NCBI RefSeq assembly: GCF_009914755.1
Contig: NC_060927.1
DNA from: the human T2T-CHM13v2.0 reference genome, Homo sapiens
Strand: one strand, 5' to 3'
Length of the DNA stretch: 64,000 nt
The translations under genes and the position numbers were made by a program. Under the pieces are notes generated by a model, which saw only the letters and a list, made by a program, of their open reading frames with translations, was not told where the DNA came from and searched no databases. Each line of letters opens with the position of its first letter. Positions within the stretch are counted from its first letter, which is position 1. Positions 28,381-42,541 of the stretch are shown piece after piece.

Positions 28381-28733
28381 TAATATGGTTTGACTGTGTC
28401 CCCACCCAAATCTCATCTTGAGCTCCCATAATCCCCATGTGTCATGAGAGAAACCTGGTGGGAGGTAACTGAATCATGGGGGCAGGTATTTCCCATGCTG
28501 CTGTCATGATCTTGAATAAGTCTCACAAGATCTGATGGTTAAACAGCAGTTCCCCTGCACATGCTCTTTCACCTGCCACCACGTGAGACATGACTTTGTT
28601 CCTCCTTTGCCTTCCACCATGATTGTGAGGCCTCCCCAGCCATGTGGAGCTCTGAGTCCATTAAACCTCTTTTTCTTTATAAATTACCCAGCCTTGGGTA
28701 TTTCTTCATAGCAATATGACGATGAACTAATAG
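28381..28733 (+). mobile_element. THE1 (C/D-like) MaLR solo LTR
   Basis: ATATGGTTTGACTGTGTCCCCACCCAAATCTCATCTTG...ATTAAACCTCTTTTTCTTTATAAATTACCCAG. Confidence 0.92.
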
Positions 28734-30961
28734 AGAAGAAAGAAAGAATGATACAGGGAAAGAAGATGGAGGTGAAGGTCAGCTCTGATCTGGCTCACAG
28801 TTTGGGGAGTAATTACAAAATTTTAATTAGGGCCTTGAGAAACAACTCAATTGAGTTTTCTATCACCCAATTCCACATGAAGGAAAGAAAGCAGCTTAAT
28901 GATTCTAGGAGTTAAGAGGCTTTGGGGCAAAAAAGAAAAGCATCCTCACAGATTATTTCTCATTTTAAATAGCAAGAAAAAAAAATGTTGATTATGCCTA
29001 GAAGATGAAATAAAGGGGAGGGAGTCAGTCAAAGCGGCATAATAAAGATAGACTTATTTTCAGCACAATGAGATTTAATCAGCAGTAGAGGCAAGGAAAT
29101 GTTAACGGGCAGAGAAGGTAGACCTCACAACAAGAACTCAGCCTGGGTGTGGCAGTAAGGCAGGGCAGAAATGTTTGCCAAACAATGTTCTTTATTCCAA
29201 GATACCAAGACAATTGTTTTCTACTTCTTATGAAACACAATGCTTTCTCCCCAGCATGTCTTGTTCCACAACAGTGAGTATGAAGGATCTGGAAGAATGG
29301 GCCACTCAGAAGAGTTGCTGGTAAAGGATGCATGAGGGGATGAATGCTCAACAGTATCTTCACCCTGACATTTTTTATCATGTGTTCACTGGACAAGAAA
29401 GACGCCACTCTAGGATTTAAGATTTACTGTGTTAAAAGGAAAAAAAAGGAGAAAAAAGCAAAAATACGAATCTAAGAAAAAATATATGGAGACGAGGACC
29501 TTCTAAGCATGAAAACAAAGATAGAAATATTAAAACGAAACACTATGATTTTCCATAGGAAAAAAAAAACTGGTGAAAAGGAGTGGGGAGCATTTCCAAC
29601 CTAACAAAATGTTAATACTTTTTAGCATAAAGCAAAACAAATACAACATATTTCAGCATCAAATCACACAAATAAAATGACCCCAATAGAAACCAGAAGA
29701 ATAGGTACATATCCAATTTGCCAGAGTAATACTTAAAAAGGAAAAAAAAATCAAATTGAAACCCAAACAAAACTTTCTTTACTATTACTAGGAAAGCAAT
29801 AAATTTAAACTAAAAAATATTTAAAAACTGAAAATTTATACTATCATGACCCTATAAAACTGTATCCAACTTTATGCTAACTTATTAAACGTTTTTAAGT
29901 GGTGACATTGAATTATTTTAACTATGATTATGTTGGTAATTTCCTGAAGTACAATATCAATATGCATCACATTTATACTTTACTACTCAGGAAAAAAATG
30001 TATACCTTGCTTACAATAAACATGTTCCTATGTTCAATTTTCCTCTAAAAATTCCTTCCTATGGTTTACTCATTTTGTGGTTGCTTAATATGAACACAAT
30101 TCTCTTTAAAATGTAATCAATCAATTGATAGGTATCATGCTTTGACTTGTGGTCACACAAAAAGTGCTAAAATTAGTTATTCTCTACAAAAAATCATAAC
30201 ATTTGTATTTTAAGTGTTAAGTGTGTGACACTGAATGTTCATTTGTATTTGCATGTAATTTACCACAGGCATTGTCAACAGATTAAGAGAATTAGTTTTG
30301 ATAAGGACTATATAAGGAGGACAAGGAAAGAGTATATAGAACCAATAATATTTTCATTGAGATTAACCAAATCTTTTGATTTTTTTCCCCAATGACTTAT
30401 TAATTCTCCGCATGCATTTTTTCTCTGAAAATGTTACCATTTAAAAGTAATCTTTCAATTAGAAAAAAGAATATATTGAATAGAAGTCTATATTCAGTAA
30501 AATGTCTTTTCAGACAATGGAAAACTGTACAGATTTTCATAATAAAACCAGAATAAAATGATCTATATTTTAAGAATAATGTATATGTAATTCATTGTTA
30601 CATTAATTCACTATTTTAAAAAGCAATAAAAAGCATTTTCACAAGGTATTATTATGAATAAAATAATAAAATAAGGTACTTTGACCCGGAACCTGGCAGC
30701 CAGGCAAAGCAAATATTGGTGAATTCTTTTTTTTGCCATTACAAATGGTGGTTACAAATGGTGAACAAATATAAATACCTGAAGTTGAATAAAGCTGCAT
30801 TAGTAGTAAGCTTAGGATTTTATAATTTTTCTTTGAAGTGATAAATAATATGTAAGTTATGTGATGTATTACAGAAAAAATAAAACAAAGCATCAATTTT
30901 GATTCAAAAATTTATGACTATCATCAAGACATCAGTTCCTTTTATAAATTCTAATTCTTAC

Positions 30962-31018
30962 CTCATAAAACAATATATCTATTACTCTGGCCAATTATCT
31001 TTCACTTAAACGAAGTGC
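30962..31018 (-). other. Candidate 57-nt exon with stops in all three frames
   Basis: ctttcctctttccttctaaccag|GCACTTCGTTTAAGTGAAAGATAA...TTTTATGAG|gtaaga. Near-consensus sites on both sides. Confidence 0.5.
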
Positions 31019-31480
31019 CTGGTTAGAAGGAAAGAGGAAAGTTGGTAATTTTGACTTAAATTGATAAATGTAATATATACTTCCCATTTACTGAGAGGCA
31101 TTGCCATCAATATATGGAGACTACAGTAACACTGATTGTAAATATCCAAATGTGTTTTAAATTTACCATGTAACATGTGGCCCAATTTACAAAATCTATT
31201 ACCTATCTAACACACTTTCTCCAAACCGGAAGAAAAGCTTTTCATAAGTTGAATATATTTTAAGTAGTATTCTGATGTGAGTACATAATAATTTTATACC
31301 AGTAAAGCAAGTGCTTATACAAAGAAAATAGCCACAGTGAGGAATAAACCAGATGCCTTTCTATTAAAATTTAATGATCCTTGTCAAGAGTATTTATAGA
31401 TCTGAGAGAGAAATCAGAATATAGCATCAGATAAAGCACTTAAAATTATGCCAATTTTTCTGACCCACCCAGAAAATTAA

Positions 31481-31815
<335 letters not shown>

Positions 31816-32029
31816 TAGTATTTTTATTAAAAAAAATTAATTGCACATCTGCTTGGCTTAGCTATATTAAAATCAATAAGGAATTAATAAAATTTTAGTT
31901 TATCAGAGATACAAAGCATTGTAAGAAATTACTTCACTGAAATTAAAATATTAAAAAGAATTTTAGTCTGACTACAACTTTCATCAAGCTAAGTTGTAAC
32001 CAAAAGTCTGTCTTATTGGCAATTATCGA

Positions 32030-32577
32030 ATCATAATTTGGTGGACTCATAGGGTCACATTCTTTGACACTCTAAGAGAAGAAGGGGTCTATTTCTGCCC
32101 TGTTGCATCTGGGCTTGCCTGTGGTGCTTTAACCACCACAGTGGGACAGAAATGACAAGTTGTGAAATCTGGGACTACTCCTGAGGTGAATGGGGGTTCC
32201 CATCTTGGCCTTTTGCATCTTGAGCTACCACATAAAATGACTGACAACTCTGCTGAGGGATTACAAGAAGTGGCCCTGAAAATACAGGAAGAAGGAGAGG
32301 GGCACAGCTGAGCACACCCTTCTAGAGGTCTCCCCTAAGGCATCAAGCATGAGAGTGAAGCTGTCTGGATTGTCATCCATACATTATTGTATCAGCCAAG
32401 TTGCCAACTGAATACCATCCTGACTCTAATTGGTACCACATGGACTAGAAGAATCACCCAGGCATGTCCTGCTTGAATTCCTCACTCACAAAGTATGACA
32501 CATAATGAAATGTTTGTTGCTTTCAGTCCCTAAGTTTTAGAGCAGTTTATTACACAGCAATAAGTAACCAGAAAACA
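32030..32577 (+). mobile_element. MLT1 (G/H-like) LTR
   Basis: CTGGGCTTGCCTGTG...AGAAGAATCACCCAG...CAGCAATAAGTAACCAGAAAACA. Confidence 0.75.
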
Positions 32578-33128
32578 GAGGATCTTAGAACTAAGATGCC
32601 ATGCAACAACAGCAAGCATATTCTAATACTGGCACTTCTCTATCATTTTGACATAATGTTTGAAAATGGCATAATGTTTGAAATGGCAAAATAGGAAATG
32701 TTTCCAGAGGCATAAAAATTCTCCTAAGATTTGTCAAAAAAAGGTTGTGTAAAGAATTTTTCCTAAAAAACAATCCAAACTAAGCAAAAAATGTTGTTGT
32801 CCAATCTATCAATCTATTTATATCATTTATATATTAAGTTAATATTGGCAAATATAATAGTAAAAATAAGGTTATAATTAAATAAATTATGATATATCAG
32901 TCAAGGTAGTATTATTATGTGGTAAGTAACATAAAGTTGAAGATTATAGCCAAATGAAAGGTATTTATGGATTTTATGGATTGTAGGGTAGAAAAAGTAG
33001 ACACTTTTTTTCCAAGATGAGAACCCTCATTCACCTCAGGAGTAGTCCCAGATTTCACAAGTTGTCATTTCTGTCCTACTGTGTTGGTTAAAGTACCACA
33101 GGCAAGCCCAGATGCAACGGGGCAGAAA
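32092..33128. repeat. 117-bp inverted duplication, arms 32092-32208 and 33012-33128
   Basis: Ungapped reverse-complement match with 7 mismatches by hand count (~94%). Confidence 0.97.
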
Positions 33129-33395
33129 GTTTCTAAACACCTGTATCTATTTTGTCATTAAACATACGTGCAAGTTATATGAACTACGCTGGATGATAAC
33201 TTTGAAAAATGGAAACGACACACTTTCAAAGGCATGTTGGAGAATGTAAAGTTTTTATTTTGTTCTATTACTTGTATAGTAGATTTTAAGAAATCATTGT
33301 TTGCTAATAGAATATGAGGTGACACATCAAATGACAACGGAGAGTAGGGACTATATGTGTAACCTTTTAAAAGACAGGTAAATTTTTAAAAGTTT

Positions 33396-33457
33396 TGTAG
33401 AATTACTAGACAATGAAGCACTTTTGTGTAGAATTACTAGACAATGAAGCACTTTTG
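33396..33457 (+). repeat. Perfect 31-bp tandem duplication
   Basis: TGTAGAATTACTAGACAATGAAGCACTTTTG twice. Confidence 0.97.
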
Positions 33458-33943
33458 GAAAGAAAATAAAGTTACCTACGAAATAATATAAAGAATATAA
33501 AGCTTTTCAAACAAATCTCCTTCAGTGCACCATTAGGGAATCAGACATAACTTTGAAGTTTGCTGGCAGTGTGAAAACAATATCTACACTCTAATCATCT
33601 TGTATTTTTTGTACCTGTCTGATTTTATCATGTAGTTAGTATTCAGAGTTTTGTGAATAAACAAGTGAGTAGATGAATTAATGAAAATCTGTGGTGTATT
33701 GCCACCTTTGAAATAGAAATCAATGTTACTATTTACACAAACTGCGTATAGTATACGTAGATACACTATTGCTATACTTTAGACATGATTCCTGATTTAT
33801 CTAACACTTTTAAGATACAGAATGTTTTCATGTCAAGTTATTTAATGTTCATGTTATTTTAAGTTTGCTGAAAACTATTTCGGAATTTTCTTGGTATGTT
33901 AACTTTCTTTCCTATTGTCTATTCACTGTCAGAACCTTTTCAA

Positions 33944-34269
<326 letters not shown>

Positions 34270-34619
34270 AACCTTTTCAAGCAACTGTAATAAAATGTGT
34301 CATTACTCAAGTGATGTGACCCTCTCCTGCAATTTAAGAAATGTAGACAGTCAGTTAAAAGAAAAAGGAAGGAAGTTGTTTTTAAAATTTGATTTTTTTC
34401 TGCTGGATTATTTCCACATAGATTAGCTTGAAGCCAACTTTAGATGGTAACTTTATTATAGCATAGCATTTGGAAGAATCTGCTAACCGAAAAAGATGGT
34501 ACAAATCAAACAGTGAATAATCCTTCAGTCCATGTTAATAATTGTTCTCATTAAAGGAATACTGAAATAGTTGAACTGATGGTTGTCTTCAAATGTATGA
34601 TATAACATTTTTACAACTA

Positions 34620-35635
34620 AAATGTTTTATTCTTATGTAATTCACAAACCTCTCAATTCATCTAAAGTATACAACCCCATGGTTTTTATTATATTAAATA
34701 ATTGAACAATCATCACCATGATCAATTTTTGATCACTTTCACATGCTAAAATGAAACTCAAACTCATTAACACTCATTGCTCATTCACATCCTTTCCCAC
34801 TAGACCTAAGCAGCCAGTCATCTCCTTTCCATCTCTATAGATTTGCCTTTTCCGAACATTTCGTATAAATGGAATTATACAGTATAAAGTCTTTATGTGA
34901 GTTGCTTCATTCACTTAATCTAATATTTTCAAGGTTCTTCCATGTTGTAGCATGCATCAGATCTTAATTCCCTTTAATTGGCCCAAAAATACAGTATACA
35001 TATATATTTGTCCATTCACCAGTTAATTGATACTTGGGTTTTCACTTTTTGACTATTATGAATAATTCTGTTATAAACATCTGTGTAAAAGTTTTTTGTG
35101 TATTAACACATATTTTCGTTTGGCTTGAATATATAACTAGGAGTGGAATTACTGGGTCACATGGCAACTCTATATTTAATCAAGGAACTGCCAAACAGTT
35201 TTCCAAAGTGGTTGCACTACTTTAAATTTCTACCAGCACTGCATAAATATTCCAATTTCTCCACCTCTTGCTAACTATTGTTATTATCTGCCTTTTTCAT
35301 TATAGTCATCCTAGTGGATGTGAAGAGATATCTCGTTTGGGTTTGGAATTGCAATTCCCTAATGATATTAAACATCTTTTCATGTGCTTATCAGCCATTG
35401 TGTATCTTCTTTAGAAAAACATCTATTCAGATCCTTTGTGCATTTAAAAAATTTATTTGCATTTTAAGTATTTTTTATATTGTTTGGATACAAGTTCTAT
35501 ATCAGTTATAGATTTGCATATATTTTTCCCATTATTTTTCATCTTTTATTTTCTTGATGATATCCATTATTACACAAATTTTATAATTTTGATGAACTTA
35601 AATTCATCTATTTTTTGTCACTTATGTGCTATGGC
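34620..35635 (-). mobile_element. L1MB-type LINE fragment
   Basis: Antisense L1M 3' UTR/ORF2 motifs (CTCTATAGATTTGCCT, GGAACTGCCAAACAGTTTTCCAAAGTGG). Confidence 0.85.
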
Positions 35636-38122
35636 TTTTGAAGAAAGGATTATGATCAATACTCTCTGTGAAAAATTTTACACAAGCGGGCATTAATTCT
35701 TTCATAGGTGCAGGTACTCTACACATGACTCCAATCTTCCAGCAGCTCTTCTGGCTTTAATCACATAGCAAAGTCTTTGGGCAGCCATAGACTCATGGCA
35801 CCTCCTCGGGATTAGAAAGCAAAGAGGAGAGAGGGCCCTAATCCTTAAAGAATGTGTGACATTTTTGTTGTAGTTTAGAAAGTAGAATTCTAAGGGCACT
35901 CCTAGTTAAACTTGAATCGTATTCTTAATAACAGATACATAGAATTCAGGCTGGACCAACTGCTTTTTTTCCTGTTGTATTGCATAAACATTTTGAATAA
36001 ATTATATTTTATGCACTTACTATGAAAATACTGAGGTTATCTTTATCTGTTCATAGATGTAACAGGGGTGCTTATTAGAAACAAAGAACATTATTTATTA
36101 ATAGTCTGTTTTAACGGTGGTTGTCTTGGAATGCTAGGTGGATCTCTAAACTGTCTCAACTCAGAACTATCGCAAAAAAGATCCCCTTAAGCATTGTCAT
36201 TTATCTCTTCCAATTTAATTTTCTTAGTAGTGTTTTCCTTTATTTTGTTGGTTACGCATTTTTGTCTACAAGATTAACCAATTGCTCAGAAACTTTCATG
36301 TTACTCTGCTTCAAACTGTGTTAACTTTTTGAATTCTCAAATAATATAATGGTTTTATATCAAATTGAATATTTACTTCATTGTTGGATATAATATACCT
36401 GTCCAGTAATTTGGGATTCATTTTAGTCAATTCTTTGAAGTATTCTCATTATTTATCAGTAGATTTTGAGTAAGATGGTTTACTAATTTCACTGTGACCC
36501 TGACTGCTTCTAAAATATTTTTAAAGTAGTTTGCCCATTGCAATGTGGAGGGTCTTTTTTTAAAATTATTTAACTGACTAAATTCTCCAGACTCACAAGA
36601 AAATGTTTTTTCATGTACGTAAATTTTCTTACATGAGCAGGGTTAAACTCCTGGAATGTTTCTTAATGGAATGGAAGACTCTCATTATTTATCATTTAAA
36701 GGTTTATCTTTTTACTCTTTCATTAATATTTCCCTCAGAAAATTATCGGCTTCCAAGAATAAACTACAACAATGATCTTTAGAATGCTCTTTCATTTTTC
36801 TTATGGTCATTTTAAAACAATCTTAACTCTAGGCAGCTTTTATATATGATAATGAATTAGTATAAGTATTTTCAATCTCCTTTAAAAAAAAAAACACTGT
36901 GTCTAAATTTAAAATGTTGAGATCCACCCCAAACCTCCCTGAAATTGACAATTATTTATTTTCTCTGTGACCAAAAGATTGTCTTTACTGCTGAAGGATA
37001 TGAATGTATATTTGACAAAATTTATCTGCTTAATATACATACATATTTTTGAAAGAATACAGACTATAATTAGTGACATTTAAAATAATGTATGGCTTCC
37101 TTTAAGAAATAATGTTTTCAATGATATTGTCTAAATGGCCATATGAATCTTAGTTGAAAAACTCATGTCATTTCTATTTGTGTGGTACAATTATTTGTCC
37201 TTGTATTTTAGTTATAATTCTTTTTAAATTTCTTCAAAGACAAATAGCACCTACGAAGCCTAGAAGGATTGTCCCTTTTAATTCGAATGACAAAGAGATC
37301 GATACAGCTCATTTCACAAGTTAAATGAGCTAGCTTTTTATTTAAGAGTACAATGAAGCTCAATAATTATTGTTAAATTACAAGAAGAGTTCTATCAGGC
37401 AATATATTAAATCTAGAGGCAAGGAGCCTGATATATCCACCTAATTAGTAGATTCAAGTGGATCTTAGAGGTTTTTTTCAATAGGGCAGGTACTGGAGTA
37501 ATAAAGGATCTCAGACATGAGCCATTTAACAGAAACTGGTGGCATAATGAGTGACTGTATGCTATCTTTCAGTGTTTGCCAGAAAAATGTTAATTCACTT
37601 AAAAATGATTTATTAATTTACTTAGAGAAATCAATTAGTACAATTCATAATACTTGGTGTCAATATCTACCTTTGCAAAAGGGTATCAAAAATAGTGTTC
37701 TCTGTATTCTTCAGGAGCAGACTATTTCAGGAACTGATTGGAATATATCCAGAGGAAGCTTGGTCAAAATGACGAAGATGGTGGAAACTATGATACTAGT
37801 AAAGGTTAAGGGATGAGAATCAGTTCATCTAAAAAAGAACACAAAATGAAGGCTAGTAATACCAACCCAATATTGGAAGACATGGCTCTGGAAGAGACAC
37901 GTGGCACTAGTGGGAAAATGCAGTAATTCCCTAAAAGCAAATGTTTGCTCTTTGTAGGGAAGTTAGAGCCTCTTAGGCATGAAAGACACATCTCTGCAAC
38001 AGCATAGTCCCAAGAAGCATACAAGAAAATCCAGGTGGCAAGGGGTTTGATAATGGATATTGGCCTGAATAATGTACATTAGACCATGATTCTAAACTGT
38101 TCTTGGTTTACTTTGGCACCAG

Positions 38123-38828
38123 TGATATAGACAGAAGACAGAAATACTGATTAGAAGAGGGCGGTTCCCTGGCAAAGGCCCCACCCTCAAGCCTGGAGAC
38201 CCATAGCCCTAAATGAGAAGAGACATTCCTGTTTTTGTGCCCAAATATTGTCCTTTGGCCCTCCACAAACCCCTCTCCCATACCCACATAAACCCCAAAC
38301 ACCAGGCTCCACGAGCAGACAAGCAGAAGAGCAAAGGAACAGAAGGGAGGCATGATAGAGAAGGAGAGAAGAGAAGGAGTGTCTGAATGTCAAGAAGATG
38401 GTTGGAGAGGAGATTGGCTGTGGGACAGCCGAACTCCAGAGAAAGATCATCTTCCCACTCCATACCCTTTTGGGCTCACCACCCATCCCACTGAGAGCCA
38501 ACTCCATCTGGCAATAAAATCCCTCACATTTACCATCCTTCCATTTGTCCGTGTGACCTGATTCTTCCTGGATGCCAGGCAAGAACCTGGGTAGCAAGTG
38601 GGCACTGAGCTTAACACTTAAACTGTTCCTGGCTGGCAGGGCTAAAGGAACATTGTAACACCCCTAGACTGCCGTGGGGCTAGAGCCTGAAAGCACTCAC
38701 CCTGGCTCACCTGCCTGCTCCCCCTCCTGTAAGGAGTTTGAGCACACAGACAGAAAAACAGATGAACAGATGAGTCACACCCCTGTGGCATATCCTGTGA
38801 GCGGAGGTTAGGGAACTCTCCCATCTCA
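38123..38828 (+). mobile_element. MER50-like ERV1 solo LTR
   Basis: TG...CA termini, AGAAGAGGGCGGTTCCCTGGCAAAGGCCCCACCCTCAAGCCTG, internal AATAAA, and a 4-bp TSD CCAG on both sides. Confidence 0.88.
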
Positions 38829-39119
38829 CCAGCACAAACAGCCAAAGGGTTCATGGAATTCCTGTAATATACCGCCTACTGTGCTTAAGCACAGGTGGGA
38901 GCAAAGTCTGGACTAGTTTACTACTTCTAGAAGCTTAAAACATTGATAGAAAGACAGGCTAGACTCACAAAACAAATATATAATGAAACAAACCAGTAAT
39001 ATTTAAGTGGCAAACTAAAAGTTCCATGAAAATAAGTACACTACTGATTTCATTCATTGTCATAGCCCCAATACCTAAAGTGCCTGATGCTGAGTACATC
39101 CTTTGTTATACTATGTGAG

Positions 39120-40590
39120 ACTTCCTTCTAAGCCTCTTAGAGATTATTACTGCTTGGTTAATCTTTTTAACAACTGAAAAGTGTACTATAATTATCCATA
39201 TTCTACACATGAGGATACTGAGGCACAGGGAAGTTAAGTGGCTTTTTCAAGTCACATGTCACAACAAGATTTGAACAATCGGGTCAGAGGCCGTGCTCTT
39301 AATAGCTACCTACTATGCCCTATATTTCATAGTAATTAAATATGTTAATTATTAGAGGTAAGTCGTATGTAATCAAGAGAAAGATACCTCTATTTAAGTG
39401 GCAAGCTTAATCAAAGAAATAGAACTTGAAACTAGAGAGAATTTGAACAAACAATGGAAAGAGCATGAAGAAAAAGAGCAATCATTCATTTTTTTATTGA
39501 GCACCTAAAATAAACATATACTGTATGAAGCAATCAGAAAATGTGAGAATGACCAGTTCCTGCCTCCAAGGAGAAAATATGAAATGAGAAGAACCTGGAA
39601 TTGGATTTGTACAGACCTTCATTAGACCAATCTCAGTCTTTCACTGATTGCTTAGGGAAGCTCTTAAACTTCTCGGAGTTTTAGTTTGGGTCATATTGAG
39701 GATGGAAAGAGATAATTTTAGTCTCTCTTAATTTTAAAAGGTAAATATAAGAGTATAATAAATGTTAATTACCTTGACCTTTTCCTTTGTATCATAGAAG
39801 TGTTGTGAAGACTAAATGAGATTATGCATGCAAATTTCATAAAAAAATGTATTTGGCACTCAGCAAGTACTTAAAATCTACTTAACAACCTACTAACAAG
39901 ACAAAATGGGAAGGTAAAACAGCTCAGTGAATGTGGACAGGTCAAAGTAGAAATCAGTTTGATTATCAGTGGCAAATATCTCTTGGAAAATAATGGGGCA
40001 TACATCTAGTTGAGGGAGAAAGAATGGTTTATAAAGAATTTAGAAAGACTAAAGAGTGAGTATGTAAGTTATCAAGAAAGTTATTAGAAATTATAGAATC
40101 AGAAAATTAATTTGCAAAAAATCAATATGTAGGTTAATCTGGAAGCAATACACAGAATGAATTGAGATTAGTATAAACTGAAATAATGAGAAGTAATTGG
40201 AAATTATGATTAGGTTAGAAGCCACGATGGTGGTGGAACTATAGGAAACAAAAAGCAAAACACCAAACAAAAACAAAACTTAAAAGGAGGGATTGCTATG
40301 GGTTTGCCTTTAAAATTGAATGACCTGAAAAAATTGACTTTAAAATTAAGAAGAAATGTAGGTACAACATTCATGTATATTATGAGTTTTGAGTAGAAAT
40401 CAGCAGCCGGATTTAAATCTCAACCCTGCCGTACAACTGTGCTTGCCTGGGCAGCTTTCTTGGTTACTCTAAGTTTAATTTTCTTTTCTATAAAATGAAG
40501 AAAATAATTCCACATGACTTGTGAGGAGGAAATGACTGAAATAACATACAACCAACACTAAGATAGTTAACACCTAATAAATGTTGGTAA
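39120..40590. mobile_element. Several MIR/L2 fragments
   Basis: ATGAGGATACTGAGGCACAGGGAAGTTAAG (39210) and CTATAAAATGAAGAAAATAAT (40490) are MIR cores; boundaries approximate. Confidence 0.5.
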
Positions 40591-40856
40591 TATGTATTAT
40601 ATTTTGGCAAATCTACTTCATTTCAAAATATAAGTGCTTTTAAAAGAAAGTTACAACAATTTGAACTAAGGACAACTTTTTCTTCTTTTATACAGGTTAA
40701 AAAAAAAGTGTCAGTACCAGGATCGAAGCCAACTATTGGTCATTTAAAAATATAGTATTTTGGAATAGGACATCCATATAAAGTATCCAGAATGGAGAAG
40801 TGGCTGAGAAGGAGCAACAATGAACTATGAGAAAGAGTTTTTAAAAACTGTTAAAT

Positions 40857-41366
40857 ATATTTTTTTAATTATTATACTTTAAGTTCTAGGGTACATGTAC
40901 ACAACGTGCAGGTTTGTTACATATGTATACTAAATCGTGCTGCTATAAAGACACATGAACATGTATGTTTATTGCAGCACTATTCACAATAACACAGACT
41001 TGGAACCAACCCAAATGTCCATCTATTATAGACTGGATTAAGAAAATGTGGCACATATACACCATGGAATACTATGCAGCCATAAAAAATGATGAGTTGA
41101 TGTCCTTTGTAGGGACATGGATGAAGCTGGAAACCATCATTCTCAGCAAACTATCTCAAGGACAGAAAACCAAACACCACATGTTCTCACTCATAGGTGG
41201 GAATTGAACAATGAGAACACCTGGACACAGGAAAGGGAACATCACATACTGGGGCCTGTCGTGGGGCATGGGGAGGGAGGAGGGATAGCATTAGGAGATA
41301 TACCTAATGTAAATGACGAGTTAATGGGTGCAGTACACCAACAAGGCACATGTATACATATGTAAC
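40857..41366 (-). mobile_element. 5'-inverted (twin-primed) L1PA5-like insertion
   Basis: Antisense final ~70 nt of L1 (40860-40930) joined to a sense L1 3' segment (40931-41366). TSD AAAAACTGTTAAAT at 40843-40856 and 41367-41380. Confidence 0.93.
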
Positions 41367-41394
41367 AAAAACTGTTAAATGTTTTTAAGGGAAT

Positions 41395-41754
41395 TGATGT
41401 GGTTAGGCTGTGTTCCCACCCAAATCTCACCTTGAATTGTAATAATCCCCATGTGTCAAAGATGGGGCCAGGTGGACATAATTTAATCATGGGGGCAGTT
41501 TCCCCCATACTGTTCTTGTGGTAGTGAATAAGTCTCAAGAGGTCTGATGGTTTTATAAGTGGTAAAAGAGAGCTTGTCCCCTACACAAGCTCTCTTGCCT
41601 GCCACCATGAAAGATGTGACTTTGCTCCTCATTCACCTTCCACCATGAAGCCCCCGCTGCCATGTGGAACTGTGAGTCAATTAAACCTCTTTCCTTTATA
41701 AATTACCCAGTCTTGCGTTTGTCTTTATTAGCAGCATGAGAACAGATTAATACA
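41395..41754 (+). mobile_element. THE1C-like LTR
   Basis: CCCACCCAAATCTCACCTTGAATTGTAATAATCCCC...GAGAACAGATTAATACA. Confidence 0.92.
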
Positions 41755-41859
41755 GTAAATATTTTTAAAAATTCTGAGGATAGTTTTCTTCAAGAATTTA
41801 ATGAACAATTATAATAAAATGATATTAATTTATTGTGTATATACTGTAGAGTGGAATCA

Positions 41860-42250
41860 GCAGCCAGTTGATTTTCAACAAATGTGATAAGAACACACAT
41901 TTGGGAAAGAGCAGTCTCTTCAATAAATGGTGCTGGGAAAGCTGGATACCCATAGGCAGAAGAAGGAAACTGCACCCTTATCTTTCACCACATACAAAAA
42001 TCAAATCAGAAATATCAAAGACTCAAATGTAAGACCCAAAGCTATACAACCACTGGAAAAATATCATAGGGGAAATGCTTTATGACATTACACTGGGCAA
42101 CGATTTTCTTGGATAAGACCTCAAAACCACAGGCAATAAAATAAAAAATAGATAAATGGGACTATATTAAACAGGCTTTTGCACAGCAAAGAAAACAGTC
42201 AACAGTGCAAAGAGACAACCTATAAAACAGGAAAAATATTTGCAGACTAT
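41860..42250 (+). mobile_element. L1MA/MB ORF2 fragment
   Basis: AGTCTCTTCAATAAATGGTGCTGGGAAA...CTCAAATGTAAGACCCAAA. Confidence 0.8.
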
Positions 42251-42541
42251 ACCACATGCTTCAGCATACACTGTTAATTTCTATCAATATCAGATATATT
42301 ATGAATTCATTGATTTAATAAACTAAAAAAGATATCTTTTTTCTCACTATACTATGTTAAAGAATTATCATATAAGTTTGCATTAGTGGTGCTTTGTTAA
42401 AGGAACAAACTGGAGGTTTGTTATTAATGACTAAAATGGTTTACTCCTATAAAAAATTATTTTTAAAATTTCAAATTTTCTTTGATCAAGGTCTTCTGAA
42501 TTTAGACAAAATTTTGATTCCTTTTTGTCACGCTTAAAAAT

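Noticed and set aside
33396-33457. Direct repeats of CRISPR-like length
   Set aside because: Only two adjacent copies, no spacers, eukaryotic context.
38108-38854. Cluster of overlapping ORFs up to 136 aa
   Set aside because: Lies essentially within the MER50-like LTR; no gag/pol/env motifs.
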